From the NCBI GenBank assembly GCA_035524815.1, contig DATKOE010000019.1, positions 2,177 to 66,176 of the forward strand: a DNA stretch of 64,000 bases, written 5' to 3'. Positions 61,780 to 64,000 of this stretch are shown here, in pieces; the stretch's first letter is position 1, and each line of letters begins with the position of its first letter. Source of the DNA: Rhizomicrobium sp. Its GTDB lineage: Bacteria > Pseudomonadota > Alphaproteobacteria > Micropepsales > Micropepsaceae. A program made the translations under genes and the position numbers. Under the pieces are notes generated by a model. The model saw nothing but the letters and a program-made list of their open reading frames with translations. It did no database searches and was not told the DNA's origin.

Positions 61780-62454
61780 ATGCATATCCAATCCGTGTTT
61801 CTCTTCGACCTCGACGGCACGCTGGTCGACAGCGTCTATCAGCACGTGCTGGCGTGGATGGAAGCGCTCGATGCCGAAGGCGTGGAACTCTCCGTCTGGC
61901 GCATCCACCGCAAGATCGGCATGAGCGGCGGGCTGTTTGTCGATCAGTTCCTGCGCGAGACCGGCCTCACCGTGACGCCGGAGCTTCTGAACCGTCTCAG
62001 GGAACGCCACGCCAAGGCCTATAACCGCCACGTCTCGATGGTGAAGCCGCTGCCCGGCGCGCGCGAATTGCTGGCGACGCTGACCGAGGGACAGATTCCG
62101 TGGGCCATCGCCACCAGCGGCCGGCTCGAAACCGCCAAGCCCAATCTCGATGCGCTCGGCGTCGATCCCGCCAAGGTGCCGGTCGTCACGCGCGATCAGG
62201 TGCGCTACGCCAAGCCCGATCCGGACCTCTTCCTCACCGCCGCCGAACGCCTCGGCAAGCCGATCGAGAATTGCGTCGTCGTGGGCGACTCGATCTGGGA
62301 CATGCTGGCGTCGCGGCGCTGCGGCGCGCTGGGCGTGGGCCTCTTGTCGGGCGGCTACGGCCAGGACGAACTCGAGCGCTCCGGCGCGGTGCGCGTCTAC
62401 GAAGACCCGCGCGACCTGCTCAAGCACTTGGACGAAGTGGGCGGCCGCCGTTAG
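61780..62454 (+). CDS. HAD-superfamily hydrolase
   Basis: FDLDGTLVDS, ATS, KPDPD, VGDSIWD. Confidence 0.93.
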   Translation: MHIQSVFLFDLDGTLVDSVYQHVLAWMEALDAEGVELSVWRIHRKIGMSGGLFVDQFLRETGLTVTPELLNRLRERHAKAYNRHVSMVKPLPGARELLATLTEGQIPWAIATSGRLETAKPNLDALGVDPAKVPVVTRDQVRYAKPDPDLFLTAAERLGKPIENCVVVGDSIWDMLASRRCGALGVGLLSGGYGQDELERSGAVRVYEDPRDLLKHLDEVGGRR

Positions 62455-62467
62455 GCGGCGGTAAGGT

Positions 62468-63460
62468 TCAGGCGTTGCTCCACAGCGCCTTGAGCGCGCC
62501 TTCCACCTCGGCGGGCGATGTCATCCGGCACAGGCGCGATTTCTCGGCGCGGCGCACGTCGGCATCTGCAGGCCACGGCGCCTGTTCGACATACCACGCC
62601 AGGTGCTTGCGGAAGATCTTGAGGCCCAGCGTGTCGCCGTAGAAGGCGAGCGTGTCGCGCAGGTGTTCGAGCACGAGGCCGAGCCGTTCGCGCATCGCCG
62701 GTTCCGCCGCCTCGTCGTCGCCCGTCAGCGCCTCGTCGATCGCGCGCGCGATCCACGGCCGCCCGCAGGCGCCGCGGCCCACCATCACCGCATCGGCACC
62801 CGACTGCTTCAGAGCCTCGCGCGCGCTCGCCGCATCGGTCACGTCGCCGTTGACGATGACCGGCAGGCGCGTGGCCGATTTCACCTCCGCCACGGCGCGC
62901 CAGTCGCACTTGCCCTTGTAGAACTGGTTGCGGGTGCGCGCATGCACGGTGATCGCCTTCACGCCGCAGCGTTCGGCGCGCCCGGCCAGCTCGGGCGCGT
63001 TGCGGCTTTCGTCGTCCCATCCCAGCCGCATCTTGAGCGTGACGGGCCGCGAAGTGGCGCCCACGGCCGCTTCGATCAGCCGCTCGGCGTGATCGAGGTT
63101 CTTCATCAACGCCGATCCGCACAACACGCCCGTCACCTCGCGCGAGGGGCAGCCCATGTTGAGATCGACGATGTCCGCACCCTGATCTTCGGCGATGCGC
63201 GCGCCCAGGCCGATCCAGCGCGCCTCGCGGCCGACGAGCTGAACCACCTTGAGCGGCAGGTCGGTGCCCGACGCGGCGCGGCGCACCACGTCGGGACGCT
63301 TGTTGACGAGTTGGTCGGCGGCGACCATCTCGGTCACGACGTAGCGCGCGCCTGCCCGCACCGCCGCGCGGCGGAACGGCAGGTCGGAAACCCCGCTCAT
63401 CGGCGCCACCAGCACGCGGCTGCCGATCGCAACGCCGGCGATGTGAAAACCCTTGTCCAT
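62468..63460 (-). CDS. dusB: tRNA-dihydrouridine synthase B (NifR3 family)
   Basis: APMSGVSD, DLNMGCP, TLKMRLGWD, VHARTR, VNGD, MVGRG, RKHLAWY. Confidence 0.92.
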   Translation of the reverse strand: MDKGFHIAGVAIGSRVLVAPMSGVSDLPFRRAAVRAGARYVVTEMVAADQLVNKRPDVVRRAASGTDLPLKVVQLVGREARWIGLGARIAEDQGADIVDLNMGCPSREVTGVLCGSALMKNLDHAERLIEAAVGATSRPVTLKMRLGWDDESRNAPELAGRAERCGVKAITVHARTRNQFYKGKCDWRAVAEVKSATRLPVIVNGDVTDAASAREALKQSGADAVMVGRGACGRPWIARAIDEALTGDDEAAEPAMRERLGLVLEHLRDTLAFYGDTLGLKIFRKHLAWYVEQAPWPADADVRRAEKSRLCRMTSPAEVEGALKALWSNA

Positions 63461-63811
63461 GGCATCGAAGAATAGCTGGCGGAGGCGGAGGGGTGAGCGG
63501 GAAAAGCGGCCGTGCGACAGCGCGGTTGCCCGGCGGACGAACCCTCGGCAGGGCTTTACAGCCCTGCAGCGGTTTGGCAATTCGGCAGGGAGGCGGAATT
63601 CCGCGGCCATTGCGACTATTTCGAACCGATCGGGCCGGTACTAGCCGAATTTGCCGGAATGCCGCTGGAGCGTCCGGTGCTCTTTCGCCCAGGCCGCCGG
63701 CCGTCTGCTTCGGACCCGAAGAACGTCTCCATTGCGAGGACGTGAGCGGCCGACTTGCACTGCTTCCGCTCCTTGCCGAGGGCTGTGCGATGCAGCGCGT
63801 CACGGTGGGGC

Positions 63812-63856
63812 TTGCAAAGTCTGTGGACCAGTTGTACCATTGGTCCGACTGGTACA
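63812..63856 (+). promoter_or_regulatory. sigma70-type promoter with overlapping palindromic operator for the GntR gene
   Basis: TTGCAA-N17-TACCAT (63812-63840); palindrome TGTACCA-N10-TGGTACA (63833-63856) overlaps the -10 element. Confidence 0.7.
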
Positions 63857-63872
63857 TATATGGGCCGCCCTG

Positions 63873-64000
63873 ATGGACATCACCATCGATATCGACAGTC
63901 CTGTGCCGCAGTTCGAGCAGATCATCGAGCAGATCAAGACCGCGGTCACGTCCGGCGTTCTGAAGGCGGGCGACGCGCTGCCTTCGATCCGCCAGCTCGC
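63873..64000 (+). CDS. GntR family regulator (YtrA subfamily), 3'-truncated; not in the ORF track
   Basis: Manual translation: MDITIDIDSPVPQFEQIIEQIKTAVTSGVLKAGDALPSIRQL. Confidence 0.9.
   Translation, partial: MDITIDIDSPVPQFEQIIEQIKTAVTSGVLKAGDALPSIRQL

Overview
High-GC bacterial chromosomal segment, most likely from an alphaproteobacterium (IalB pair, FixK/Fnr-type regulator, DUF883/DUF2934 stress genes); the taxonomy is inference. About 47 genes, and no rRNA, tRNA, CRISPR array or intact transposase was seen. The left half (1-32.5 kb) looks like an anaerobic/fermentation island. It holds glycogen genes (glgB-glgX-malQ), a group 3b NAD(P)-coupled [NiFe]-hydrogenase operon with an embedded cNMP-binding protein and a Cys-free mini-HypA, and a large pyruvate:ferredoxin oxidoreductase with a tethered C-terminal ferredoxin whose stop overlaps a single-chain NfnB-NfnA (SudA-SudB) fusion. 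It also holds a Pat-like acetate-CoA ligase/GNAT protein that keeps both phospho-His motifs, a Cys-bearing Crp/Fnr regulator, a universal stress protein and PEP carboxylase. FNR/FixK boxes lie upstream of three of these units. The right half has a Wzy-type polysaccharide cluster with an ATP-grasp enzyme and a degenerate Wzc, an IalB pair, mdtABC (MdtA with a Cys-rich C-terminal domain), mlaA, a molybdoenzyme/cytochrome b pair, uxaC, a B12-radical SAM three-gene operon, a secreted orphan protein next to a REP/MITE-like palindrome, a PLP lyase, a HAD hydrolase, dusB and the 5' end of a YtrA-like GntR gene with its promoter/operator. The best candidate for an undescribed system is the PFOR-ferredoxin plus fused-Nfn module and its link to the 3b hydrogenase. 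All family assignments are from motif recognition by eye, not from database searches.
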